Below, one piece after another: positions 27,108 to 39,375 of a stretch of DNA of 64,000 nt. The DNA is from Eledone cirrhosa. Taxonomy: Eukaryota. Where the stretch lies: positions 366,854,001-366,918,000 of the forward strand of contig OZ024742.1 of NCBI GenBank assembly GCA_964016885.1, written 5' to 3'. The position numbers were made by a program, and so were the translations under genes. The number at the start of each line of letters is the position of its first letter. Position 1 is the first letter of the stretch. A model generated the notes under the pieces. That model had not been told where the DNA came from and ran no database searches. It saw only the letters and a program-made list of their open reading frames with translations.

Positions 27108-30100
27108 ATGGATGTGTTAAGAGTAGGATGTTTGAATGCACGTGGCCTGGGCTCAACTTGGAAGCAAGCAAAGCTTCTAAATGACCTCAGGTCATGTAGT
27201 ATAAATGTAATGGTTATCTGTGAGACTCGAATCAGCGTCATGCGGCAGCTGGCCCCCACCTTCGATGACTTTGAGGTGCATGCATCTCTCTGTCAACCTG
27301 GAGGTGGGGGTGGGGTTGTCGTGCTGCTGCAAAAACACCTGGGTCTTGCCGTACAGGTTGTGCACTCGGACCCGGAGGGTCGTTTGTTGGTGCTAGACGT
27401 TGGCAGTAGTGAAAGTGCGGCCTTGAGACTGGTCGCCGTCTACTCCCCTTTCGGAGCTGAACGGCCCGACTTCTTCCAGCGTTTGGAGACTTTTCTGGGA
27501 ACGTCGCGTTCCCTGCTTCTAGCGGGGGATTGGAATGACATCCTGGATGCACGTTGGGACTATGCAGGAGCATGTCCTAATAGAGGGGGGTGTAACAGCC
27601 TCAAGGGGTTACTCGACCGTTTTAACTTGGTCGATAGATATCGACTAGATTTTCCAACTGTGCCTACCTGGACTTGGAGAAACCACAGTGGTCAATCTAG
27701 ATCGTACTTAGATAGATTCTTAGTTAGAAGTAAGGATAGGGACATATTAAGCTGTCCAGAAATGCGCACGGTTGGCTACACGGATCACAAATTAGTGACC
27801 TGCGTGGTCAATCTCGAGAAAACACATAGACAGGGTCCCGGTTACTGGAAACTTAATTTGTCTTTACCGGCAAAAGAGACTTACAGAAACCGGATTAGCA
27901 GATTAGTTAAGGAGAGGTTGACGGGTGCAATCGTCAACAACCGATGGTGGGCATCTCTCAAAAGAGAGATTAGAACAGAATCAATAAGTTATAGCAAGAT
28001 GTTAGCTGCCAATAGGAATAGAAACGAGAAAGAATTAACAGGTAAATTAGAAGAGGCAATCAAGAGCGAAGATGTGGCCAGAGTGCTGGCATCGAGGACG
28101 GCCTTGAACCAGTTTTTCGATGCAAAGCATGAAGGCTGCGTCATTCGAAGTAAAATACGTGCTCTAGGTAATGAGGGGGCCAAAGCCGTTGGATGGGCCC
28201 GCGTGACAGAAGCTAAAAGTGGAAATCGATCCACCATCCGGTCGTTGCAAGACGGAGATGGACGAGTGATCCGGGAGCCTAAGCAGATGTGCGAGGCCTT
28301 TCAAAAGCACTTTGCCCGATTGTTCGGGGGAGGCGAGGGTCCGGGCCGGGGCGTGGATTTCGGTCCATACCTCGACGGCCTGCCGCGTCTCTCGAACAAA
28401 GAGGCAGAGTCCTGCGAGGGACCAATCTCGGCTGATGAGATCGGAGATGCGCTGAGCCAATGCAGCAGACGCAAATCTCCAGGTCTCGATGGTATACCTT
28501 ACGAACTTTATTTAGCAATGCCGGTCTTCTTCTCCGAACTCCTCGAAGCGGTCTACTGCAATTGGCAGCAGAACGGGAGAATTCCTTGTTCTGTAGCCAA
28601 GGGCGTAGTCACGCTGGTGAGGAAGGACGAGAACAAGGGGGATAGTATAAATAATTTTCGGCCCATAACCCTGCTAAACACAGAGTTAAAGATTTTGGCC
28701 AAGGTGTTAGCAAAGAGGTTGGCGCTTGTCGTGGGTGGCCTGGTGGGAGATGCGCAGACATGTGCTATCCCATCCAGGTCCATTCACGATAACCTCCACC
28801 TCATGCGATACATCATAGAGAGGGTTGGCAACAAACCCGGCTTCGGTGGGGCCCTGATCAACTTGGATCAGTCTAAGGCCTTCGATAGGGTCGACCATGG
28901 TTACCTGGATGCGGTGCTAGCGGCGGCTGGGTTCGGTCCTGTTTTCAGAGGCTGGATCACTGCTCTACATAGCAACCACATCTGTTCTAGGATCAAGGTG
29001 AACGGCTACCTTTCGAAGCCGTTCGAAATCACACGATCCATTCGACAGGGGTGCCCTCTCTCCTCCCTTCTGTACGTATTGACTCTCGAGCCTTTACTGA
29101 GGAAGTTGGAGTTGTTGCAGGGTATCCCCCTGGAACCAGGATTGAGCAAAGCGGTGTCGGCCTACGCCGATGACGTAACAGTAATGGTATCAACCGACTC
29201 GGAGATCGAGGCGATCGGTACCTTACTGGAGGAGTACGAAAGGTGGTCAGGAGCGAAACTGAACCGGGAAAAATCCATCGGGCTGCAACTCGGAACGTGG
29301 AGAGGCAAACCGATGCCTCCTGACGGTGTCGTCGGACACTGGACGGAGGGCCCGGTAAAGTTGCTTGGGGTCTGGTTTGGACCGGATCTCCAGGTGGAAA
29401 AGAACTGGAACGAGGTTACGAACAAGGTGTTTGCACTAACCCAGAAATGGGCCAAGTGTAAGCTGTCCCTAAAAGGCCGGGCGGAGGTGGCGAACATTTA
29501 CATAGCGTCCGTCACTTACTACCGCCTGACTGTCGTGCCTTGCCCTAAGGAAACACTCACCACCATGGAACGCATGCTCTTCCAATTTCTTTGGAAGAAG
29601 CGTCCTCCTATGGTGAGAAGATCCATCTGCTGCCAACAACCTTCGAAAGGAGGGCTGGGGATGCCGTGGTTGATGATGCGTAGGCACGCATTAAGGCTAC
29701 GGCACCTACAGGTATTCCTCACTGGTCAACCGGTGTGGGCTCCGTTCGTGAAACGAGCCTTTCCGAGACTCGTCTCACTCACCGAGCTACAGTCCTGGGT
29801 CAAGCAAAGATCCGGAAAACTGGGAGACTGGCACACTGAGTGTGCTCAGGCGCTCAGGGCTCTCTGGCAAGCGGGCCGGGCCATCGGTGGAGAATCCACC
29901 TCATCATTCTATAGAGGGCTGGTGGCTAGCAGGGGCGATGACACCCTTGGAGAGTCGCTGGACATGGAGGAAGACGAACTGGCCAGCCTGTTCGGTAGGA
30001 CTTTCGGCCCAGGACCAATGGACAACTTCCAGAAGTCACTGGCCTGGCAGTGCTACCGAGGGGCTCTACCCGTTCGAGAGAGGCTCTACAGACACGGGCG

Positions 30101-30545
30101 CCCGGGCAGGGATCCCTCAAAAAAGATTTGCCCTAGATGCGTGCGTCACGAAGAAACCGTGGCGCACGCATTGGTGCAATGTCCGGGCGTGGCTGATCTG
30201 TGGGGCTACGCCGAACAACTGCTGTCGCGGGTGGCGCCGATTAAATTGACCGCCGAGTCCGTGATGACAATCAAACCGCCTCCCCTCTTCACAAAGGAAG
30301 CAAAGGCGGTTTTTCTGTGCGTAATAGCCATGTTGAAAGAGGTTGTTTGGTGGACACGATTGAAAGGTCTGAGGTCAGGCAACTTCCTCTCTGGCCATAG
30401 TCTGGTCTACTTCTTCCGATATCACTTCGGAAGAAGGATAAGAATGGAGAGAGAGGTGCTTGGCCACAGGCAGTTTTATGAAAGGTGGGTGATAGTGGCG
30501 AGAATGGCTCGTGTAAATGGGCCTTCTCTGTATACCATCCTGTAG
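27108..30545 (+). CDS. LINE ORF2: APE endonuclease + reverse transcriptase + C-terminal zinc finger, 1145 aa, uninterrupted
   Basis: LNARGL, ICET, GDWN, YLDRF, TDHK (APE); GPGYWKLN; SPGLDG, FRPITLLN, KAFDRV, QGCPLS, YADD (RT); CPRC..ETVAHALVQC. Confidence 0.96.
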   Translation: MDVLRVGCLNARGLGSTWKQAKLLNDLRSCSINVMVICETRISVMRQLAPTFDDFEVHASLCQPGGGGGVVVLLQKHLGLAVQVVHSDPEGRLLVLDVGSSESAALRLVAVYSPFGAERPDFFQRLETFLGTSRSLLLAGDWNDILDARWDYAGACPNRGGCNSLKGLLDRFNLVDRYRLDFPTVPTWTWRNHSGQSRSYLDRFLVRSKDRDILSCPEMRTVGYTDHKLVTCVVNLEKTHRQGPGYWKLNLSLPAKETYRNRISRLVKERLTGAIVNNRWWASLKREIRTESISYSKMLAANRNRNEKELTGKLEEAIKSEDVARVLASRTALNQFFDAKHEGCVIRSKIRALGNEGAKAVGWARVTEAKSGNRSTIRSLQDGDGRVIREPKQMCEAFQKHFARLFGGGEGPGRGVDFGPYLDGLPRLSNKEAESCEGPISADEIGDALSQCSRRKSPGLDGIPYELYLAMPVFFSELLEAVYCNWQQNGRIPCSVAKGVVTLVRKDENKGDSINNFRPITLLNTELKILAKVLAKRLALVVGGLVGDAQTCAIPSRSIHDNLHLMRYIIERVGNKPGFGGALINLDQSKAFDRVDHGYLDAVLAAAGFGPVFRGWITALHSNHICSRIKVNGYLSKPFEITRSIRQGCPLSSLLYVLTLEPLLRKLELLQGIPLEPGLSKAVSAYADDVTVMVSTDSEIEAIGTLLEEYERWSGAKLNREKSIGLQLGTWRGKPMPPDGVVGHWTEGPVKLLGVWFGPDLQVEKNWNEVTNKVFALTQKWAKCKLSLKGRAEVANIYIASVTYYRLTVVPCPKETLTTMERMLFQFLWKKRPPMVRRSICCQQPSKGGLGMPWLMMRRHALRLRHLQVFLTGQPVWAPFVKRAFPRLVSLTELQSWVKQRSGKLGDWHTECAQALRALWQAGRAIGGESTSSFYRGLVASRGDDTLGESLDMEEDELASLFGRTFGPGPMDNFQKSLAWQCYRGALPVRERLYRHGRPGRDPSKKICPRCVRHEETVAHALVQCPGVADLWGYAEQLLSRVAPIKLTAESVMTIKPPPLFTKEAKAVFLCVIAMLKEVVWWTRLKGLRSGNFLSGHSLVYFFRYHFGRRIRMEREVLGHRQFYERWVIVARMARVNGPSLYTIL

Positions 30546-30759
30546 GTAAAGAAGTAAAGGAGAGGGGAGCACCTTCTCCATGTGCTCCCCGGGCAAAGGA
30601 TTGCACACTTTTTCGGGGGTGTGTGCAACCCCCATCACGTCCCCTCCCTTTTGAGGTTATTTTCGATTATTTTCATGTTACACCCTTTTTACTCGATTAT
30701 ATGTAAACTCCCCCTTTGTATTTGTCCCTTCTTTTTATGCCTTTATGGTAAATAAAGAA

Positions 30760-30834
<75 letters not shown>

Positions 30835-30836
<2 letters not shown>

Positions 30837-31008
30837 CGAAGGAGTTGTGGTGGACCATAACGCACCAGAGTACTCAATACTTAGAGTAGTAGAGTGGTTA
30901 ATAGGAAAATGTATGACCTCGACGGCAGAGCTCAAGCCGTCTCGACGGCTATTTCTGGAATAGCCGTCGAAATGTCGTGAGCTCTGCCGTCGGGGTCATA
31001 CATTTTCT
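30835..31008 (-). mobile_element. Family C fold-back mini-element
   Basis: Inverted arms meeting at about 30955, tail to the left, flanked by (TA)n. Confidence 0.75.
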
Positions 31009-31039
31009 TATATATATATATATATATATACATTATGTC

Positions 31040-31142
31040 AAGCCGAGGTTAACTTTGCCTTTCATCCTTACGGGGTCGATAAAATAAAGTACCAGTAATG
31101 TACTGGGTTATTGCTGGCCTTGTGCCAAATGTAGAAACAATT
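31040..31142 (+). mobile_element. 5'-truncated main-family SINE
   Basis: Core and 3' end match the other copies. Confidence 0.8.
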
Positions 31143-31179
31143 ATGTCAACACCATAACATGCTAACCATCCAAACACGC

Positions 31180-31612
31180 ACATACACACACACATATACA
31201 CACACACATATAACACCCATACACACACACATATACACACACATTAACACCCATACACACACACATACACACACATATATAACACCCATACACACACACA
31301 TATACACACACACATATAACACCCATACACACACATACACACACACATATAACACCCATACACACACACATATACACACACACATATAACACCCATACAC
31401 ACACATACACACACACATATAACACCCATACACACACACATATACACACACACATATAACACCCATACACACACACATACACACACACATATAACACCCA
31501 TACACACACACATATATACACACACATATACACACACACATATAACACCCATACACACACACATATACACACACACATATAACACCCATACACACACATA
31601 CACACACACATA
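31180..31612. repeat. Compound CA-rich minisatellite (ATATAACACCCATAC(AC)n)
   Basis: Directly visible. Confidence 0.9.
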
Positions 31613-31904
31613 CGTTAATACTGTAACACCTTAACATGCTACCCCTCCCCCCCCACCCCCACCCCCATTTCTACTAATATAATCATGTTCCTACACACAC
31701 ACACACACACACACACACACCAGCACACTAATAACATACATATCTCTACTTTCTTTATTTCAATAGAAAGTCTAAATTCTGACCCCCCCCCCCCCCAGCA
31801 CACCAGCCATACTCACTGAACCAGAACAATTCTCCCCATCCCTTTTTTCTTGACCATTATCTTTTGCTTGGCACCAATTCTCTAAATGGCTACAAAAGAA
31901 TTTC

Positions 31905-32280
31905 CAAATACGGGCACGAAATTTAATGTACTTGTTGACGTGACAGTCATAATTTCATTTATAACCAATCAAATTACATTTATTTAAAAAAAGCCGTCGT
32001 GAGCTACTTTTTTTTAAGTAAAAAAAAATTCAAACATAAACTGGCGCGAAAGCTGATGTGCTTATTCACGTGACTGCATCAACCAACCAAACTTCATTCA
32101 TATATGAAAAAACAACAATCTGAGCCCCCGCCCCCTTTTTTTTAAACGCAAATACAATAAGAACTTTGTAACACGAACTGGCGCGAAATGTATTATACTT
32201 ATTCACATGACAGTCATCAACCAACCAAATTACTTCTCTAAAAACCTAGCATTTCGAGCCACTTTTTTCAATTTAAAACA
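31905..32280 (-). promoter_or_regulatory. Putative cell-cycle-type promoter: three diverged ~135-bp modules with E2F, E-box and CCAAT-like motifs
   Basis: TGGCGCGAAA at 32042 and 32179, GGGCACGAAA at 31912, TCACGTGAC at 32066, AACCAATC at 31963 and TTCAAA (CHR-like) at 32029. Confidence 0.45.
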
Positions 32281-32302
32281 GAAGTAACATTTAAATACCA
32301 AC

Positions 32303-32503
32303 CAGATGTGAGAAAAACCACAAACCCTCCATCTCAACTCTACTTTTGAAAAGCAGAAGAACTGCGAAACCGGTAAAGGAACCAAATAAATATATATTTA
32401 AAAAAAAAAGACACCAGTTGCATTTTCAATTTCATCTTGTTTCCTTATACTTTCACTCGTGTAGGACACACGTTCTTTTTCATTCTGTAAAATAACCTCA
32501 CTT

Positions 32504-32508
<5 letters not shown>
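32303..32508 (+). mobile_element. Family E single-arm copy
   Basis: Matches 23422-23572 plus tail and retains the TTGAAAA hammerhead variant. Confidence 0.75.
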
Positions 32509-32553
<45 letters not shown>

Positions 32554-32693
32554 TTTAGTCCAGAAATAGCCGTCGAAACGGATTGAGCTCTGCCGTCGGG
32601 GTCATACTTTCTCCTATTACCCACTCTACTACCCTAATTATTGAGTACTCTGGTGCGTTATGGTCTATCTGGTTCCTTACCACAACTCCTCCG

Positions 32694-32694
<1 letters not shown>
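32554..32694 (+). mobile_element. Family C un-inverted 3' end
   Basis: Shows the colinear order of arm and tail; flanked by (TA)n. Confidence 0.75.
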
Positions 32695-32750
<56 letters not shown>

Positions 32751-32816
32751 TGTATATACGTGTGTATGTATATGTATATATATGTGTATATACATATGTA
32801 TGTATATGTGTATATA

Positions 32817-32865
<49 letters not shown>

Positions 32866-32870
<5 letters not shown>

Positions 32871-33157
32871 GGTGGTATAATCATCGCCATTCCTTTAACA
32901 GAATAGATAAGAGGAAATGTACGGCCCTTTCTGAATTGATCTGGAAGCTCAAACTTGAAAAGACCCCGCACTCTCTGGTCTGGTTCGTGGTTAGAAAGGT
33001 TCCCCCAGACAGAGGCGGGTCTGGTATTTGCAACCGCTGTCTTAGTGAGACACTCGAGATTCTTCATGGCGGAACCAAGCTATTAAACAGAAGGGCCGAC
33101 TTATTCGGTGTCTGCAGACACCTAAGGACGGGAACTATCCTCAAGCTACATGGATAA
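32866..33157 (+). pseudogene. Penelope-like (Nematis-type) GIY-YIG C-terminal fragment
   Basis: [10 protein letters not shown]...TALS..IW...CNRCLSE...LLNRR...CRH. Confidence 0.8.
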
Positions 33158-33348
33158 TCCCCGGTTACGACCTCCCATAAGCCCCCCCCCCTCCCGTAGG
33201 TCCCCTACACCCCGTACCAATGACCACTGGACAACAACAACCACCCATAGTTTGTGGTCCCTATGGTGGATGGTCCACCGGATCCTCTACTGGTTAGGAG
33301 TCATCTAAACAATGTTTTATTGAACCTGATTTTATATATATATATATA

Positions 33349-33777
33349 GGTTGTAACTGTAGAAACAAAGCAAACTGCCCATTAAAAGGAAATTGTCTTG
33401 TTAACAACATAGTTTATAAATGTAATGTTAAAACTAAAGATTCTATTTGCTCATATATAGGAGCTACTTCTAACAATTTTAAGGTAAGGTTTAATACCCA
33501 CAAACATAGTTTTAAAATTGCCGCACTGGCTAATACAACATCTCTAGCAGAAAAAATCAATAGTTATAAAAATAAGAATATAGAATATGATATGACCTGG
33601 AATGTGCTCAAAAGAGCCACCCCTTATCAAAATAATAGAAATGAATGTAGATTATGTTCCCCAGAACTATTTGAAATAATGAAATCTAAGGATATCCTAT
33701 TAAATAAACGACAGGAATTAATTATATCGTGTAATCATGAACTAAGAAAAACATTTAAATATTATAAACCTAATTAA
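33349..33777 (+). pseudogene. Penelope-like (Nematis-type) Zn-knuckle + GIY-YIG fragment, second family
   Basis: Open frame from the (TA)n edge: GCNCRNKANCPLKGNCL..IVYKC...YIGAT..FKVRFNTHKHSF...CRLC...LLNKRQE...CNH; followed by a very AT-rich, internally repetitive 3'UTR. Confidence 0.87.
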
Positions 33778-34251
33778 TAACATTATTTTAGATATTAATA
33801 TATAATTTAATTTAAATGTTAGTTAACCTATAAATTTAATTTAATTAAAATTCTACTACAGATGAGATTATAAAATATTGTGTAATCATAAATTGTGAAA
33901 AACTTTTAAATATTACTAATATATGCTTTGTAAATTAATTTATAGATTAATTTTAATTTATTTAACCTTTTATTAAAATTCCTTTACAGATAAAATATAA
34001 CAAAATATCGTGTATTCAATGACAGAGAAATATTTTTTTAATATTATAGACCTAATTAATGTACAATTTAGAAATATATTTATAATTTGGTTTTAATTTG
34101 GTTAACCTAAAAATTTAATTTAATTGGCTTAAAATTAAAATCCTAATACAGATGGATTGCAGAGTGTCATGTAATCATAGACTGAGATAGGTTTTAGATG
34201 TATACCTAGTTAATATATTCTTTGCAATTTTTGAAAAAATATGTATATGTA

Positions 34252-34292
<41 letters not shown>

Positions 34293-35145
34293 GTGAATAT
34301 ATATGAGTGTATATATTAATTTTAATTTTTGTTTACCTATAATTATATTCTACTATAGATAAAATACAATATCTGTTTTAATTATTATAAACCTAATTAA
34401 CATATACTATAGAAATTAATATATAATTTTTAATTTAGTTAACCTATAATTTATATTCTACTACCGATGTAATACTTTATTTGGTTTTTTTCCCTATTAC
34501 TAAATTCATTTCCTAATATTGATACCATAACGTTAATAATTTTAATTTAGTTATACTATAATTAATACTCTATTACTATTTAACTTCAAAATTCCGCTTC
34601 AAATATTATAAACATAAGTAGTATACACCTTAGAAATCAATATATTAACTATCTTTAATTTAGTTAACCTATAATTAATAGTCTACTTATATTAAAATGC
34701 ATAATTTTGCCTTCTTTCTTACATTTCCTAATACTGAAACTACTATGTAAACACATATTATGATCTAAATGCAGATTAATATTCTATGTTTCTTGAAACC
34801 TATATTTACTATAATCCCCTTCCCCCCCCTCCCCCCCTATTATTATTTGTATTTGTAAGCGTGGATATATGTATGTATATGTAGGTAGGTATGTATGTTT
34901 GGGTGTTTGTATGTGAGTATAAAAATACATATGTGCGCATGTAAATAAGGGTGTATGATTGTATGTATATATATATATACATATGTATATATATATGTAT
35001 ATATATATATATATATGTATCTATGTATTTATGTGGGTATATGTGTGTATATATATGTATGCGCATGTATACGTCTACGTGTATATGTGTGTATGTGTAT
35101 ATATGTACGTATATGTGCATGTATATGTGAGTGTGTGTATATATA

Positions 35146-35200
<55 letters not shown>

Positions 35201-35738
35201 AGTTGATGTGTGTATGTGTATATATATATATGTGTATGTATGTGTATGTATATATATATATACATTTATATATATATGTATATGTATATGTATATATATA
35301 TATATATGTATGTGTGTGCATATTTGTCTGACTGGGTGTATTAATTAATTTATTTATTTATTTCTTTTATTTTTTTATTTCTTTATTTTTATATATATGT
35401 ATATATATGTATGTATATATATATATATGTATATATATGTGTGTGTGTATGTATATGTATATATGTATGTATGTGTATGTATATGTGTGTGTGTGTATGT
35501 GTGTATATATTTATATGTGTATATATATCTCTATTTATATATGTATATATGTGTATGTATATCCCTTTATTTATGTATGTCTGAGTTGTGTGAGCGTGTG
35601 GTTGTGTTTGTATGTGTATACGCATACATGGATGTGTATGTATGTGTATATATGCGTATATGTATGTGTGTATGTGTGTGTGTATATATGTATGTCTATG
35701 TATGAGTATATATATGTATGTATGTATATATATGTGTG

Positions 35739-35795
<57 letters not shown>

Positions 35796-35854
35796 TATAT
35801 ACGTGTGTGTATATATATATATCTTTGTATATGTGTATGTGTACATGTGTGCGT

Positions 35855-35934
<80 letters not shown>

Positions 35935-35935
35935 G

Positions 35936-35967
<32 letters not shown>

Positions 35968-36030
35968 TATGTGTGGGTATGTATGTGTATATGTGTATAT
36001 ACATGAGTGTATTTATGTATGTGTGTATAG

Positions 36031-36064
<34 letters not shown>

Positions 36065-36371
36065 TACAAAACATACCAATGAATATGTCATGCAGGATAT
36101 TTTGGATTATAAGTTCAAAATTTAACCATACCAGCAAAGGATGCTCTCAAAGAATAGATCTTCTCTTATTCTACTCTCATTGTATTTTGTTTGAATACAA
36201 CTCTGCTTTCATTACAACTGTTTGTACTTTAGAAAAACTGCCTGTTTTTTTTACAGATTTGCAACGTGTATTGTCTTTAATCATTTGTATAACTACATCC
36301 TGTTCAGTGTTTTCCTTCATTATCAGCATAGTGTACAAAGATTGCACTAAATATTCGTTTGCATTATTTAT

Positions 36372-36550
36372 AGCAGTATCGGTAGAGGGTCGGACGCCTT
36401 GCTTTGCAGCAAAGAGTTTAGGCCCTTTATGGTCTGAGTTCAAATCGCGCCGAGGTTAACTTTGCCTTTCATCCTTACAGGATCGATAAAATAAAGTACC
36501 AGTAATGCACTGGTTAATTGCTGGCCTTGTGCCAAAAGTAGAAACAATTA
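36372..36550 (+). mobile_element. Main-family SINE
   Basis: A/B boxes, core and 3' end present. Confidence 0.85.
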
Positions 36551-36554
36551 TTTA

Positions 36555-36670
36555 TTGAAGACTTCTGCTTATTTTGACAGGTTGGGGACAAATAATGTTC
36601 TTCTTTTACTTCCTAGCTGTATATTCTTAGCATAATTCAAACCCCGGGCAACGCCGGATAAGTCTGCTAG
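36555..36670 (+). mobile_element. Helitron 3' terminus
   Basis: GC hairpin CCGG-GCAACG-CCGG (36644-36657), then CTAG (36667-36670) followed by T; the 5' limit is uncertain. Confidence 0.6.
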
Positions 36671-36796
36671 TATATATAGAATAATCGATGTAAATCGCCT
36701 TATGTGCTGAGGTTTTTCTAATCATATGCTTGGTCAGCGATCTCTCCAGGTAGTTTGTCTACCAGCATATCAGGAAAAAATGATACATTTTCTATA

Positions 36797-36874
36797 TATT
36801 TTGTCTGATGAGAACATGTTTTGCTTAATGTTATACATAGAACTTTACATCTTCGAAATATATATAATGAAATA
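36797..36874 (+). ncRNA. Minimal type I hammerhead ribozyme (family G)
   Basis: TATTTTGT-CTGATGA-GAA..TTC-GAAA-TATATA-TA-ATGAAATA. Confidence 0.75.
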
Positions 36875-36885
36875 AATAGAATGTA

Positions 36886-36948
<63 letters not shown>

Positions 36949-37192
36949 ATATATGTAAATGTCTATGTATTTATATGTGTATATGTATGTGTCTCTATAT
37001 GTATGCGCGTGTGTGTATGTGTATGTGTGTATATATATGGTGTGTGTATGTATATGTATGTGTATGTATGTGTTTATGTATATGTGTATGTATATGTATG
37101 TATATATATATATATGTATGTATATATATATATATATATGTATGTATATCGATGTATATTTTATATTTTACTTGTTTATATATATATATATA

Positions 37193-37274
<82 letters not shown>

Positions 37275-38676
37275 CTTAATATTTTTCTTTTTTCTTTTTC
37301 TTTTTATTTCTAAATTTATAGATACATTTATAAATAGGCAGTTTGCTGACACCAGTAAATACTGACCTCTTCCCCCCCCCCACCTACTTTCTGTATCTGG
37401 ATCTAAATATGTGTGGCAGTGTTTATGTGCGCGCATTAATGTCCATATGCTTATGATAATAGTATATACACATATATGTGTGTGGGAGTGTGTGTGTGTA
37501 TGTATATTCGTGGTTGTATGTATGTTTATGCGTATATGCGCGTGTGTGTGTGAATGTATGTATATGTGTGAGTATATGAATGTGTATATATTTATCTTTA
37601 TATTTATATGTTTATATGCGTATATGTATTTTATCTGTAGATTATAAACATACAGAGACATTAGCCCTGAATGTTTGTATTTACATACATCTTTTCGGCA
37701 TGCGTATGCATGTGAACATATATTTTTATGCATAACTGTGAACGAAGTTACTTACATATATACACACACCTAACTGTATAAACTTTTTGTGTTTCCATTG
37801 GTCAATTTGAACTCTGTTCCCAAACAGACCTGTAATTTTGAATTGTTGTTATTATCAATAAATATATTTCATTATTTCTGAAGACGGCATATATATGAGT
37901 TGGTATGTATATTTAATTTTGATAGTTTGTATAATTTTGTATAATTTTGTACATAGATCTGTTAAATATACATGCCAATTCTAACACATATATATCCCAG
38001 AAACGATCGTTAAATAATGAACTTTTTTTGTTTAATATAAGGAACTGTTTCATTGTTTTATTCATTATTTTTTTAATATTTTATCTTGACTCTGTATTCC
38101 GTTTATCTTTCACCGAAAGTGATTTTTCATTGCATCTCTTCTTTCCATGATATCCGGATTACATTGAGTTCTTCATACGGATTGGACACTACCGCAAACT
38201 CTTGGTAGATTTATCTACATATGTATATATGTATCATGTGTATTTTATATGTGTATGTATGCGTATCTTTTATATATGTGTGCGTATCTGTATGTATACA
38301 TTTTATATATATATATGTGTGTATGTGTGTGTGTATCTTTTAATATATATATATGTATGTCTTACGTGTGTATATATTTTGTGTGTGTGTGTGTGTACCT
38401 ATGTATATATATATTTTTTACTTTTTGTATGTATATATTTCATATATATGCATGTTCTGTGTATATATGTATTTTATATATATATGTATATATATATATG
38501 TGTATACTTGTGCGTACATGCATGCATTCATATGTATATATACACACCTGTATGGATTTGTGTGTGTAGATGTGTGAGTGTTTGAGGGGGTAGGTTTGAG
38601 TGTATGTACAAGTGAACCAGCATAAACCCTTTATTTCTAAATTTTCTAAACTATCTAAGTATTGGACTCTAACCAT

Positions 38677-38782
38677 TATCCCGCCGAGGTTGACTTTGCC
38701 TTTCATCCTTACGGGGTCGATAAAATAAAGTACCAGTAATGCACTGGTAATTGCTGGCCTTTTTCCTAAAGTAGAAACAATT
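38677..38782 (+). mobile_element. 5'-truncated main-family SINE
   Basis: Core and 3' end present. Confidence 0.8.
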
Positions 38783-39246
38783 ATATTAAGTATTACCACC
38801 TCACTTTTTGTATGTGTAGATGTGTGTGTGTGTCTGTGGAGGTGGGTGTGAGTGTAGTGCAAGCCAACCTACATAAGCCTTTTTATTTATAAATGTTCTA
38901 CTCTAACCATGATTTCCAGTAGCACCACTCCACATAAATTCCTCAACTTAAGAATGTCCTGTAGTATCTATTTCATACTATTATCCTTATTTGAAAATAT
39001 ATCTGACCAAGAATGCCTTTTGTGAAAATCAGTCATATTGTCATCTTGCCTGATGGTTTGAACCTGACAGAACCACCTGCCTCTTTGAGGTCAAATACCA
39101 ACCTACTACCATCTAAAAACTGACCAATGAGAATCAAGACCATTCCTGCAGACAACATCAAAGTATTCCTAACATGCTCATATGTCCCAAGGCTCTGATA
39201 CCATCAACACTATACACACAGAGCTGGCATATCTAAGAACTGACTA

Positions 39247-39302
39247 ACTGCCTGATGAGGTCATAGCCATTCAATGGCAATCATCGAAATATATATAGCA
39301 GT
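39247..39302 (+). ncRNA. Minimal type I hammerhead ribozyme at the end of a degraded Penelope-like remnant (about 38900-39347)
   Basis: ACTGC-CTGATGA-stem II (inner GCCAT/ATGGC)-GAAA-TATATA-TA-GCAGT; upstream bases encode a PDGLN-like GIY-YIG terminus. Confidence 0.8.
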
Positions 39303-39375
39303 AAATAAAGGATTATGAGTTCATGCAATTGACTTATGTTTCATCACTATATATATATATAATATATATATATAT

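Larger units (their letters stand above)
24957..30760 (+). mobile_element. Full-length Tx1/L1-clade non-LTR retrotransposon in a (TCTA)n microsatellite
   Basis: 5'UTR, ORF1, intact ORF2 and 3'UTR ending AATAAAGAAA; (TCTA)n at about 24933-24957 and 30761-30797. Confidence 0.93.

Noticed and set aside
27238-30638. Antisense and alternate-frame ORFs within LINE ORF2
   Set aside because: Shadows of a GC-rich coding sequence with no recognisable motifs.
36177-36443. Host exon on the minus strand
   Set aside because: It begins inside a SINE, has no recognisable domain and is followed by in-frame stops; likely a decayed repeat.
37878-38135. Hammerhead with a very long stem II (CTGAAGA at about 37878, CGAAA at about 38114)
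   Set aside because: About 230-nt separation, and stems I and III do not pair convincingly.
34809-38862. Many YI/CV/HT-rich ORFs here and throughout the window
   Set aside because: They are translations of (TA)n/(TG)n/(CA)n tracts lacking stop codons.
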